Counted from the stretch's first letter, positions 50,177 through 59,498 are shown. The stretch is DNA of 64,000 nt from Candidatus Cloacimonadales bacterium (GCA_963674825.1 OY771587.1:1184001-1248000), one strand, 5' to 3'. Numbers and translations: made by a program. Notes: a model not told the origin generated them from the letters alone.

Positions 50177-52417
50177 TTATTCAGCTGTTACGCGATAGAA
50201 GTATTTTGTCGCGCCGGGAGCCGAGTCGATAAACGAGTTTGTTGACGATGTGTCGTAGATTGTGAAGCCGTCATCGGGCTGGTTGGAACGATAGATTTTA
50301 TAAGTCGTCGCACCAGTTACAGCCTGCCAGGTAATGTGCATGTCACCGCTAACTTCTTCAATAGTTATATCCAGCGGTGCATCGAGCTGGCCAAGCACAT
50401 TGAGCGTAAGCGGAATCCTGTAGTTACCATTATAAGAGCCATTGTGAACGATCACAAGCTCACCTTCTTTCATTGCGCCACCAGAAAGACCCGCTGCGTC
50501 AAATTCAAGCCCGAGGTTGATCGAGTCGCGTGCATAGCCGCTGATCGTACCCGAGGCATTGGATGTGATAGATACCCATGTTTCGGTCGCTTCGAGCTCC
50601 ATCGCAAAGATGAAGTCACTCGGCGTTCCCTGCGTCATACCGATCAAGACACGCTTTCCGTAAACGAGGTCGGCAGAATAGGCAGAACCGCCAGCCATCT
50701 GAGTAGAGCATCCGCCAACAAGTGGAACGTTATAAGTATTGCCTGTCAGGGTTCCGGCTGTAGGATCGATTTCGATAAACGTCGTCGAATATATACCCGA
50801 CTGGTCAAATGCCCAGAGTGTTCCGGATACTGGATCGTAAGACATACCGTAAGCAGCGTCCGCTCCGGGTGAAGCGATCACTTCGAGAACATTGCCGGCA
50901 GTATCGAATTTCACGATAGCGCTGCTGAAGCTCTTGGTATAGAAACCCTCGCCCGGTACATAAGCCAGCGCGCGGATACAGGTCACACCGCCAAAATTGG
51001 CAGATGTAAATGTGAACAGAATCGTCTGTTCACCGGTAGCGGGATTGATTCTTACAAACGAAGTTTCGTTACCCGCATAGAGGTACGTACCATCGTATGC
51101 CAGGTCACGAAGACCCCAGCCGGTAATAGATGAATCTTGTTCCCAAGACTGAATCAGGTTACCGTCGGTATCCAGTTTGTAGATATAGTTGGGATCGGCA
51201 TCGCTACCTGCGCCAGTTGCGTAGAAAAAGCCATCGGCATATTCGATGCCCAGAAGCTGAGTTTCGCTTGTAGGCGTACCTGCATCGAGTTCGAAGACCA
51301 CATCGCCCACTTCACGTGAGAGTGTCGGATTGCTGACAATGGTCGGAACTGTATCGGTGTTCGGATCGCTATTGCGATTCATGGTAGTTTCCGTTGCATC
51401 AGGATCGAAGGCTAACGCAGGTGCGAAGAAATTCAGATAAGCGTTATATTCCAGCGTTCCCGGGCCATCATTGGATAACTGCACAACAGAAGCAGTAGTT
51501 GCTTCGGGATTGAGGTCAACCGAGACCGATGCCGGGTTGGAGCTGATTTCCGCCCATTGAAGGAAGAAATTATGCGTGGTAGTACCACCGTCGACCACTT
51601 CAACCGAAGACGCTTCATCGAAGAAGTAACCGCCATCGGGGCCATAGCAATCGAGGTCATAGGTTCCCACATACACATCATTGAATTGGAAGAAACCATC
51701 TGTCGAAGTGATGACGTACGTACTGCCGCCAAGAACGACATATGCACCTTCGATCGGCGTTGTTGAGTTGTACTCGTAAACGTGACCTTCGATGTTACCG
51801 GTAGCCGCTTCCGGAGCTTCCGCATAGACGCTGGTAAGCCACTCGTATGCGGCAGAACCGTTGTCATACAATACCCAGCTTCCAGCTTCGCCGACATACG
51901 AGTGAATCGGGTAGCCGGTGCCACGGTTTGTGGAGCAGCTCGATGGGAATCCTGTCTCACTGACGGGGACAACGGCGAGATAGAAGTCGTCGTTTACAGT
52001 AACAGGAGTAAGAGCAAGATTCTTTACAGTCTGAGTAGGATAAGCCGATGCATGAACAGTTTCAGACTGATACAGAACAGTCGATCCATCCACATCGTAA
52101 ATGACCCAGTAGAATTCATCGCTATCCCACGGATAGGATGAATGTTCGTAGAAATACGTTGTCAACTGTGTAATGGTTACCGGATATTGAAGCCCGAAAT
52201 CGGTTGTCATTTGAAACAGCGTCGCGCGTTCAGGTGTTGGCCAGTTCAGGTTGGTCAATTCTGAAGCATCCGCATAGTAGTAGTATTGATATTCTCGAGA
52301 TGTTTCTTGCGAAGGACGTTGCGCAAGGTCCACATCTTCAACAGGAGCTTCAGTGATCGCCAAGAGTGCGGAAGTCAAAAGGAAAAACAAGACAATTACA
52401 ACATTGAACCTTTTCAT
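50177..52417 (-). CDS. Secreted multidomain protein (carboxypeptidase-regulatory-like, beta-propeller-like, C-terminal FN3-like)
   Basis: Signal peptide; 'GNIEGHV...PIEGAYV...TDGFF....GTY'; 'GLRDLAYDGTYLY'; C-terminal 'ITWQAVTGATTYKIYRS...FYRVTAE'. Confidence 0.75.
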   Translation of the reverse strand: MKRFNVVIVLFFLLTSALLAITEAPVEDVDLAQRPSQETSREYQYYYYADASELTNLNWPTPERATLFQMTTDFGLQYPVTITQLTTYFYEHSSYPWDSDEFYWVIYDVDGSTVLYQSETVHASAYPTQTVKNLALTPVTVNDDFYLAVVPVSETGFPSSCSTNRGTGYPIHSYVGEAGSWVLYDNGSAAYEWLTSVYAEAPEAATGNIEGHVYEYNSTTPIEGAYVVLGGSTYVITSTDGFFQFNDVYVGTYDLDCYGPDGGYFFDEASSVEVVDGGTTTHNFFLQWAEISSNPASVSVDLNPEATTASVVQLSNDGPGTLEYNAYLNFFAPALAFDPDATETTMNRNSDPNTDTVPTIVSNPTLSREVGDVVFELDAGTPTSETQLLGIEYADGFFYATGAGSDADPNYIYKLDTDGNLIQSWEQDSSITGWGLRDLAYDGTYLYAGNETSFVRINPATGEQTILFTFTSANFGGVTCIRALAYVPGEGFYTKSFSSAIVKFDTAGNVLEVIASPGADAAYGMSYDPVSGTLWAFDQSGIYSTTFIEIDPTAGTLTGNTYNVPLVGGCSTQMAGGSAYSADLVYGKRVLIGMTQGTPSDFIFAMELEATETWVSITSNASGTISGYARDSINLGLEFDAAGLSGGAMKEGELVIVHNGSYNGNYRIPLTLNVLGQLDAPLDITIEEVSGDMHITWQAVTGATTYKIYRSNQPDDGFTIYDTSSTNSFIDSAPGATKYFYRVTAE

Positions 52418-52524
52418 GAGTACCTCCTTTGATATTGGTTAATTTTTGCAATAGTTTAAGTATGCTGTCAAGTAAATCGGTGTCGCGACCACCCATTATT
52501 TTCCATTCATAATATATATTGAAT

Positions 52525-52562
52525 AAAGAAACGCTCTGCACAGCCCCTCACCGTGCAGAGCG
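52525..52562 (-). terminator. Intrinsic terminator of the ECF operon
   Basis: AAAGAAA then CGCTCTGCAC...GTGCAGAGCG. Confidence 0.65.
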
Positions 52563-52581
52563 AATTCTTTCTGGTTATGGT

Positions 52582-53112
52582 TTAGAAACGTTGATTGTGA
52601 TGGCCCTGTCCTGAGCCCATCGGTGTTTCACCACCGCAATTTCCTTGATCTTTATGCATACCGCGTCCACCATGCATACCTTCGCGATCACCACGCATTC
52701 CAGCATGAGCAATCGTTTTAAGATATTCCTTCTGTTGGTCGGCGTTCAGTTGCTTGTAAATCTGCGACTGCATATCGATTCTCTTTTCCTGGAGATCTGC
52801 ACGCTTGTCGCTGATCTTGCGGGATATCGTCTTGGCGTCGCTGAATTTTCCGTCCTTCATTGCGTCGCGAAGATCGATTTCAAGCTTGTCTATAGCCGCG
52901 TGGATATCGATCGTCTGCTTTCTATGTGCGCTTTGGATGTCTTGAATTGCCTGTTCCTGCTGTTCGCTGAGGTTCAGCGTCTGCATGAATCCACCGCGTT
53001 GGGGTCCGTCACAGTCTTCGAGATTACCACATGGTCTTTCGTCATCCGCCGTGAGAATTGCTGTGAAAAGCATCATCACGATTACCATTGCCAGTGTCAT
53101 ATACCGAGTCAT
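52582..53112 (-). CDS. Spy/CpxP-family periplasmic chaperone
   Basis: Signal peptide; 'LNLSEQQ' and 'LNADQQ' LTxxQ-like motifs; Gly/Met/His-rich tail. Confidence 0.8.
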   Translation of the reverse strand: MTRYMTLAMVIVMMLFTAILTADDERPCGNLEDCDGPQRGGFMQTLNLSEQQEQAIQDIQSAHRKQTIDIHAAIDKLEIDLRDAMKDGKFSDAKTISRKISDKRADLQEKRIDMQSQIYKQLNADQQKEYLKTIAHAGMRGDREGMHGGRGMHKDQGNCGGETPMGSGQGHHNQRF

Positions 53113-53124
53113 TATTTCCTCCTT

Positions 53125-53550
53125 CTAATCGGTAAAGGGTCTATCTTTACGGTTTCTTGGGTGATTTTTCATATGCTCGAACATTTCTTTGCGCTGTTCG
53201 GGCGTCAGGTTTTTACGTGCCTCGATCATAGTTTTCCCGATGTTCAGCTCAAGATCTTTCAATAGATCAATCGAACGATCGAGTTTGATCTGTAATTCTT
53301 CATCTGTAATATTTGGATCGTGCAGAGACGACATGAAATCATCCTTTGCAGTATGGAAACGTTCCCGGCAACCTCGCACAGCTTCTTTGTTCTGTTGGAT
53401 AAAATCCAGAAACTCTTTCGGAGGCTTCGGAGGGAAGTTCGGTGGGAATTCTGGCCTGGAAATATACCTGTGGTACACAAATGAGCCGAGAAATGCCAAA
53501 TTGAATGCCAGTGATATAATAACCAAGATCGTTAAGGTCCTGTTGCTCAT
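53125..53550 (-). CDS. Periplasmic heavy-metal-sensor / ZraP-like membrane-anchored protein
   Basis: 'IISLAFNLAFLG' anchor; 'LTPEQR'. Confidence 0.75.
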   Translation of the reverse strand: MSNRTLTILVIISLAFNLAFLGSFVYHRYISRPEFPPNFPPKPPKEFLDFIQQNKEAVRGCRERFHTAKDDFMSSLHDPNITDEELQIKLDRSIDLLKDLELNIGKTMIEARKNLTPEQRKEMFEHMKNHPRNRKDRPFTD

Positions 53551-53936
53551 CCTTCTACCCCCGTATCGAAACTGTAGAGTGTTTCAGTTCCCATTGTGAA
53601 GTCGTTATACTGACTGCTGTTGCTGGTGGCGATTTCACTGCTGGTAATGACACCAAGGAACAACGCTGCTGCTGCCGAAGCAGCCAGGGCAAACCGGCCA
53701 AACCAACCCAGACCCCTGAACGCTTTGCGTCGCGGTATTGCCAGGATGTTCTCGATCGCACGCGTCGAAACAGCCTCTTCTTCATACTGTGACAGGAAAT
53801 CATTCACCGATACAAGCTCATCGAGCTCCCTGCGGCAATCCGCGCACATATCCAGATGACTGCTAACCTCTTCCGGGTTCTCCAGTTCGCCATCCAGGTA
53901 GGCGTTCAGCTTGTTTCTGATTTCATCACATTTCAT
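53547..53936 (-). CDS. Zinc-finger (zf-HC2) anti-sigma factor
   Basis: 'AYLDGEL....HLDMCADC' (HxxxCxxC); a single TM helix. Confidence 0.88.
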   Translation of the reverse strand: MKCDEIRNKLNAYLDGELENPEEVSSHLDMCADCRRELDELVSVNDFLSQYEEEAVSTRAIENILAIPRRKAFRGLGWFGRFALAASAAAALFLGVITSSEIATSNSSQYNDFTMGTETLYSFDTGVEG

Positions 53937-53978
53937 CTTTCACTCCCCGGTCGGCTACTCGTTCCGACCAACACACTT

Positions 53979-54488
53979 TCAGACATCGCCCTTTGCGAAA
54001 TCCTGCGATAAATATTGTTTCAGCTTCCGCTTCGCTCTAATCAGCAGCGAATCCACGGCGGATACTGTCGAGTCCATTACCTCGGCAATTTCCTGATAGC
54101 TCTTGTTCTCGTAATACTGGAGATTGAGCGCAGACGCCTCTCGTTCGTTCAAGCGCCCTATCGCATCGCGCACCAGCGCATTCTTTTTCTCGCGCATCTG
54201 CTGTTCGGGGTCGAAGACCTTCTCGCTGGCCTGCAGAAGTTCCGGCATTTCCAGCTCCGTATTGCGACCGCGCTTTTTGATCAGATTCAACGCTTTGTTG
54301 TGTGCGGTGCGATACAGATAAGATTCAAAGTAGTCTTCATCCACCTTCGGCATTTTGTCATAGAACGACGCAAACACCTCCTGCAGAAGGTCTTCCGCAT
54401 CCTCACGGTTACGTACCATTCGCATCAGGTAGTTGTACAGCTTTTGGCTGCATTTGGACACTATTGTCTCAAATCGATCTCTCTTCAT
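53979..54488 (-). CDS. ECF RNA polymerase sigma factor
   Basis: 'DAEDLLQEVF', 'YLYRTAHN', 'SYQEIAEVM..TVSAVDSLLIRAKRKL'. ATG 54488 preferred over the longer ORF. Confidence 0.92.
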   Translation of the reverse strand: MKRDRFETIVSKCSQKLYNYLMRMVRNREDAEDLLQEVFASFYDKMPKVDEDYFESYLYRTAHNKALNLIKKRGRNTELEMPELLQASEKVFDPEQQMREKKNALVRDAIGRLNEREASALNLQYYENKSYQEIAEVMDSTVSAVDSLLIRAKRKLKQYLSQDFAKGDV

Positions 54489-54622
54489 GAACACTCCGAA
54501 CCTATAGACAACACCAACCCAAAATACCTGCAAAGAATTTATTCGTCAACATTCGATACTCTTAACCTTCAGCAGTTATCAATCGAAAAGGAATGGCTTG
54601 CCGATAGCCTAAGGGCATCAAT

Positions 54623-54660
54623 AAAGAAAGCCCCCTTAGCCAATAGCCAAGGGGGCTTTC
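54623..54660 (-). terminator. Intrinsic terminator
   Basis: AAAGAAAGCCCCCTT...AAGGGGGCTTTC. Confidence 0.7.
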
Positions 54661-54679
54661 GAATAATTTGAGATGGAAG

Positions 54680-55738
54680 CTATTCCATCATGGAGTTACC
54701 ACGCATATCTTCCCAGAGCTTGTCGATCTTGATGATCTCTTCGCCGATGTCCTTGAGCGGATAGCTTTTGCTAAGGAAATCGTCATCCGGATAGATGATC
54801 GTATCTTCGCGAACTTCGTCCGGAAGGATTTCGAATGCAGCTTTATTGGGAGTAGCATACTGGACGTACTCGGCGTTTGCGGCTGCAACTTCGGCTTCGT
54901 TCAGGAAATTGATAAACTTGTAAGCGAGCTCTTTGTTTTCGGCATTTTTAAGGATAACCATGGAGTCGATCCACAGGGATGCACCTTCCTTGGGAAGAAC
55001 GAATCCAATTTCCTCGTTTTCAGCAATGATTTGAAGGGCGTCGCCATTATAGATCTGCGCCAACCATGTTGTTCCGTCCTGAATCTCGTTCTTGGCTGAA
55101 TCGGAATCGAACTGAGAAATATTCTTGTCCCACTCTTTGAGTATCTCGCGTGCTGCGGCGAGGGCTTCGTCGGAGGTCTCGTTTACCGAGTAACCAGCCG
55201 TAACCAGCGCAGCGCCTACCACTTCGCGAACATCGTCGAGCATGGTAACAACGTTTTTACCATTGTATTTCGGGTCTCCCAGCTTGTTCCAGGAGGCTCC
55301 CTGCATCTCTTCGTCCGTAATATATTTGCGGTTGTACATCAATCCACAGGTTCCCCAGAAGTAAGGGACGCTGTATTCGTTCGTCGGGTCGAACGTGGTC
55401 GCCTTGACAAGGATCGATTTATCGAGGTTTTCCCAGTTCGGTAGCTTCGATTTATCCAGCTTTTCCAGCAGATCTTTCTTCATCATGATCGCGACGTGAT
55501 CGCCACTTGGAACCGCGATGTCGTAAGATGCTTCAGAATTCAATATCTTCGTGAGCATGTTTTCGTTGGAATTGTAGGTGTCGTAAATGACCTTGCAATT
55601 GTACTTTTCTTCAAACTGTTTGATAAGTTCCGACTCAATGTAATCTGTCCAATTAAATACGTACAGTTTCTGCTGAACCGTCTTGCCGCATGATACCAGC
55701 ATGACGGCTACTGTCACAATTAAGATGAACCTCTTCAT
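54680..55738 (-). CDS. potD: Spermidine/putrescine ABC transporter substrate-binding lipoprotein
   Basis: Likely start MKRFILIV (55738) with lipobox 'LVSC'; 'LYVFNWTDYI', 'YNSNE', 'PYFWGT.G', 'PKEGASLWID'. Confidence 0.85.
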   Translation of the reverse strand: MKRFILIVTVAVMLVSCGKTVQQKLYVFNWTDYIESELIKQFEEKYNCKVIYDTYNSNENMLTKILNSEASYDIAVPSGDHVAIMMKKDLLEKLDKSKLPNWENLDKSILVKATTFDPTNEYSVPYFWGTCGLMYNRKYITDEEMQGASWNKLGDPKYNGKNVVTMLDDVREVVGAALVTAGYSVNETSDEALAAAREILKEWDKNISQFDSDSAKNEIQDGTTWLAQIYNGDALQIIAENEEIGFVLPKEGASLWIDSMVILKNAENKELAYKFINFLNEAEVAAANAEYVQYATPNKAAFEILPDEVREDTIIYPDDDFLSKSYPLKDIGEEIIKIDKLWEDMRGNSMME

Positions 55739-56601
55739 TTGTTTTTCTCCTTTTCCATGAGTTTTGTATATACTTTGAGAGCGTTGTCGTGAAACACCGC
55801 TTTCCAAAAGTCGTGCGGAATGAGCATTTCGACGAACCGGATATAGGAAGCAAGCGGAACCAGCGGCCAGTCGGAACCATAGAGGATTTTGTCGTAGCGA
55901 TCGCAGTAGATCAGCGCTTTGCGGAAGTGATCCATGAACAACGGTTCGTTCATGAAACGCTTGACCTTGCTGGAATCGCCCACGATCAATCCCGAAAGAT
56001 CGGCATACACGTTGTCGTTCTTGTAAACGACCTCGGCGGTTTCCATTACCCACGGATCACCCAGATGGCTGATCACGATGCGCACCTCTGGATGATGATA
56101 CGCCACTTCATCAATCGCCATCGGGTTGGCAAATTTGAGCAGCGCTCTCGGGCCGTAGGTATCACCGCTGTGGATCGCAACGGGAAGATCGTACTTCTCC
56201 GCCAGGAGATAGATCGGCTTGTAAACCTCATCCGTCGGATACGTATGATAATACCCGGGATATAGCTTGAAACCGACGACTCGATCATCCTCGAGCGCAG
56301 CTTCTATCTCTTTCAACGATTTCTCGTCCAGACGATAGGGATTCACGCCAATGCAGGTGTAGAGGTTATCCGGAAGCTTGTCGTCGAGATCCAGAAGCAT
56401 CGGATTGGATGCACTCTGATCCGGGAACCCCCATTTGCGATTCTCGATAAGTCCCATTCCGATAACCGTCTTAACCCCACTGCGCATGCATTCGCCGCGC
56501 AGTCCTCTTTCCGAATACAGCGTATGGACGATACGGTCGGCAGTCTCTGCAAACCGTTCGATCTTCGAGAAATGGATATGGGCGTCGATTATGTCATACA
56601 T
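55735..56601 (-). CDS. Amidohydrolase-2 family metallohydrolase
   Basis: 'IIDAHIH', 'GFKLYPGY', 'IHSGDT', 'SHLGDPW', 'YGSDWP'; stop overlaps the potD start (ATGA). Confidence 0.88.
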   Translation of the reverse strand: MYDIIDAHIHFSKIERFAETADRIVHTLYSERGLRGECMRSGVKTVIGMGLIENRKWGFPDQSASNPMLLDLDDKLPDNLYTCIGVNPYRLDEKSLKEIEAALEDDRVVGFKLYPGYYHTYPTDEVYKPIYLLAEKYDLPVAIHSGDTYGPRALLKFANPMAIDEVAYHHPEVRIVISHLGDPWVMETAEVVYKNDNVYADLSGLIVGDSSKVKRFMNEPLFMDHFRKALIYCDRYDKILYGSDWPLVPLASYIRFVEMLIPHDFWKAVFHDNALKVYTKLMEKEKNK

Positions 56602-56768
56602 CGTTATTCTCCAATGTGAATTTGTCCTTATCAGGGTTCACTGTCAAGGAAAATCGATGTGGGACAAGAACTTTGCCCATATGGTCTTAATCCCATTGAT
56701 TGCATTTCAGTTGAGATAATGACACTTGATTAGTTGGATATTGACAACAGACTTGAAAAAGTGTCAGT

Positions 56769-56794
56769 AAAAAGGGGCCTCCAAAGAAGCCCCT
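56769..56794 (-). terminator. Intrinsic terminator of pruA
   Basis: A5 tract, then GGGGC...GCCCC. Confidence 0.55.
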
Positions 56795-56818
56795 AAATTT
56801 TATCCGATCGACGACGCG

Positions 56819-58444
56819 CTAGCCCAGGAAGGGATACTTGTAGTCGGTCGGCGGGTTATAGGTTTCTTTGATGGTTCTGGGATTGACCCAGCGCATGAGG
56901 TTGGAGAGTCCGCCGGCCTTGTCGTTGGTGCCGGAACCGCGCGAGCCACCGAAGGGCTGCTGTCCGACAACCGCACCGGTCGGCTTGTCGTTGATATAGA
57001 AATTACCCGCAGCGAAGCGCAGCTTGTCGAGCGCTATCATGGTGGCGTAGCGATCATTGGAGAAGATGGCCCCGGTGAGTGCATACGGCGAGGTCTGATC
57101 GCAGAGTTCGAGTGTCTCTTCGTATTTCCCATCCTCGTACACGTAGATGGTGATGACCGGGCCGAAAATCTCTTCACGCATGGTGACGAAGTTAGGATCT
57201 TTTGCCAGAATGACGGTCGGCTCGACGAAGTAGCCTTTCGATTTATCGCCGTTACCGCCGATGATCACTTCCGCGTCGTCGGAGGTCTTGGCTTGCTCGA
57301 TGTAGCTCATGATGCTGTCGAACGACTTCTCGTCGATGACGGCGTTGACGAAGTTGCTGAAATCGAGCGGATCGCCCATCTTGATCTCACCGGTCATGGA
57401 TTCTACCAGCGGAAGGATGTCGTTCCAGATGGATTTTGGGATATAGCAGCGGGAAGCTGCGGAGCATTTCTGACCCTGATATTCGAAAGCGCCACGGACG
57501 ATCGCGGTCGCGACCTGTTGCGGCTCAGCCGATTCATGGACAAAGATGAAGTCCTTACCACCGGTCTCGCCCACCAGGCGCGGATAGGAGCGCAATGGGC
57601 CGAGGTTGTGTGACACGGTTCTCCAGATGTGGTTGAAGGTGCTGTTCGAGCCGGTGAAATGAACGCCGGCAAGTTCTGTGTGCGCCAACGCAATTCGACC
57701 GATCATAGAGCCGCTTCCGGGCAGGAAGTTGATCACGCCGTCCGGCATTCCCGCTTCCTGATAGACCTTCATCAGGTAGTAGTTTGATAGCAGCGCCGTA
57801 GTAGCGGGTTTCCAGATGGTGACGTTGCCCATCAGCGCGGCCGACATATTGAGGTTCGACGCGATGGCTGTGAAATTGAACGGCGTAACCGTCATCACAA
57901 AGCCTTCCAACGGCCGGTATTCCATACGATTGAGCTGGTCGGTACCGGAATTAGGCTGATTCGCGTAGATCTGCGTTGCGAAATAGGCGTTGAAACGCAG
58001 GAAGTCAATGGCTTCGCAGGCGGAATCGATCTCGGCCTGGAAGGCGTTCTTGCTCTGACCAAGCATGGTGGCGGCGTTAATGAGCCAGCGGTACTTGGTG
58101 GAGAGCAGATGCGCGGCACGGAGCTGAATGGATACGCGCTCAACATAAGGCAGATCCATCCACTGTTTTTGCGCCTTGATCGCGGTCTCTATCGCCATCT
58201 TGACTTCGGCTTCACCCGCTTTGTGATAGGTCGCCAAAACATGTTGGTGATCGCTGGGCATAACTACGGTATCGGTATTGCCGGTGCGGATTTCCTTGCC
58301 GCCGATAATCAGCGGGATTTCGATCTGGGTAGCATGTTGCCGTTCCAGTTCCTGTGTCAGAAATTGTCTTTCGTTCGAGCCCGGCGCGTAGGAAAGGATG
58401 GGCTCATTCTTGGGCATTTCCAAGTGAAAGATTGCATTGTTCAT
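56819..58444 (-). CDS. pruA: L-glutamate gamma-semialdehyde (delta-1-pyrroline-5-carboxylate) dehydrogenase
   Basis: Start MNNAIF (58444) after GGAGG; 'NEP..SYAPGS.ER', 'TPFNFTAI', 'FTGS', 'GETGGKDF', 'EYQGQKCSA', 'EEIFGP', 'SGTNDKAG'. Confidence 0.93.
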   Translation of the reverse strand: MNNAIFHLEMPKNEPILSYAPGSNERQFLTQELERQHATQIEIPLIIGGKEIRTGNTDTVVMPSDHQHVLATYHKAGEAEVKMAIETAIKAQKQWMDLPYVERVSIQLRAAHLLSTKYRWLINAATMLGQSKNAFQAEIDSACEAIDFLRFNAYFATQIYANQPNSGTDQLNRMEYRPLEGFVMTVTPFNFTAIASNLNMSAALMGNVTIWKPATTALLSNYYLMKVYQEAGMPDGVINFLPGSGSMIGRIALAHTELAGVHFTGSNSTFNHIWRTVSHNLGPLRSYPRLVGETGGKDFIFVHESAEPQQVATAIVRGAFEYQGQKCSAASRCYIPKSIWNDILPLVESMTGEIKMGDPLDFSNFVNAVIDEKSFDSIMSYIEQAKTSDDAEVIIGGNGDKSKGYFVEPTVILAKDPNFVTMREEIFGPVITIYVYEDGKYEETLELCDQTSPYALTGAIFSNDRYATMIALDKLRFAAGNFYINDKPTGAVVGQQPFGGSRGSGTNDKAGGLSNLMRWVNPRTIKETYNPPTDYKYPFLG

Positions 58445-58490
58445 TTTTCCTCCAAAAATTTTGCTTTTTCTTTGGAGCAAGAGCTTTACT

Positions 58491-58540
58491 CTCGCCTTTC
58501 CAAACGGGAGGCGGATCGGTTTCCCAATACACCCTATCGG
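58491..58540 (-). promoter_or_regulatory. Probable Na+-sensing riboswitch (DUF1646 RNA motif) in the pruA 5' UTR
   Basis: Minus strand AUAGGGUG-U-AUUGG-GAAA-CCGAU-C-CGCCUCCCGUUUGGAAAGG: GAAA-capped hairpin plus GCCUCCC...GGAAAGG tail. It matches the DUF1646 consensus as I recall it; no covariance search was run. Confidence 0.7.
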
Positions 58541-58791
58541 TATGATTCCATGCGGCATGAGGCCGTTTAGGCGATTCATACTCGGCGATAGCGTCATTCA
58601 TTCTTTCAGGCTCTTCTTGTCAAGCCCAGTGTGCCATACTCGTTTAACATATCAACCCAAGCTTGATCCCTGGCAACTTTCCTCTGAAGCAGAACAAATC
58701 CAATTCATTATTAACCCTTGACACGTTCCAAGCATCTATCAAGCTCCGATTTCATGGCAACATTCTCCACCAGAAATATAAAGGATGAAAC

Positions 58792-59358
58792 ATGACCAGA
58801 TTCAGCATATGGCTTATTGTCGTCTCAACATTCATCATGGCAGTCGCAATCCTCTTCTTCCCCGAGTACGATATCGTTGTGTCTTTTGGCATCCGGATCA
58901 TCGCAATGATCGTTGCGATGTATTTCGCAATTCAGTTCAAGGAGTGGCGTCTCTTACCTCTGGCCGCCATGTTTCTCTTGATGGCCTTCAGGCAGGCGAT
59001 GACATTCCTCATCTGGTGCAAAGTCATGGACAACTCAGCATACGTCAAATCGCTCAGTGAGCTTCCTGGAAACATTGTCACCCTATTGGGATTGAGCTCC
59101 ATCTGCTACCTGGGTTATCTGATCTCCCAGAAGAACAAAGTCATCCACACACAGAGCTGCCAGATCAACCAACTGAAAGACCTGCTACCCATCTGCTCTA
59201 AATGCAAGAAAGTACGCAACGACGACGGCTACTGGCAACAGATCGATTCGTACATCGAACAACATACGGATACAGAATTCAGTCACGGCCTGTGCGATGA
59301 TTGCATGAAAGAGCTATACGGAAAAGAACCTTGGTTCAAGGATAAGAAGAAGAAATAA
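58792..59358 (+). CDS. Membrane protein with C-terminal Cys/His motif domain
   Basis: About four TM helices, then 'LLPICSKCKKVRNDDGYWQQIDSYI...FSHGLCDDC'. Confidence 0.8.
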   Translation: MTRFSIWLIVVSTFIMAVAILFFPEYDIVVSFGIRIIAMIVAMYFAIQFKEWRLLPLAAMFLLMAFRQAMTFLIWCKVMDNSAYVKSLSELPGNIVTLLGLSSICYLGYLISQKNKVIHTQSCQINQLKDLLPICSKCKKVRNDDGYWQQIDSYIEQHTDTEFSHGLCDDCMKELYGKEPWFKDKKKK

Positions 59359-59498
59359 TCCATCCGCATTCCATCCAACAGGTGGTTTTCAGAATTATTG
59401 CTTTTATTGATTAAAATTTTCTATTTGACACCATTCAACTTCCTATTGTATTTTATCTTTGTGATTCCGATATGCAATTCCGGCATTAGGGAGGCATC

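Noticed and set aside
55739..56053. N-terminal 105-aa extension of the 457-aa PotD ORF
   Set aside because: It overlaps the amidohydrolase in another frame; the signal peptide and lipobox begin at ATG 55738.
56720..56766. Inverted repeat TGACACTT...AAGTGTCA
   Set aside because: Only 8 bp with a long spacer and no second copy; could be chance.
58445..58597. N-terminal 51-aa extension of PruA, and the short ORF 58404-58601
   Set aside because: A GGAGG RBS precedes ATG 58444 and family similarity starts there; the region is better explained as a structured 5' UTR.
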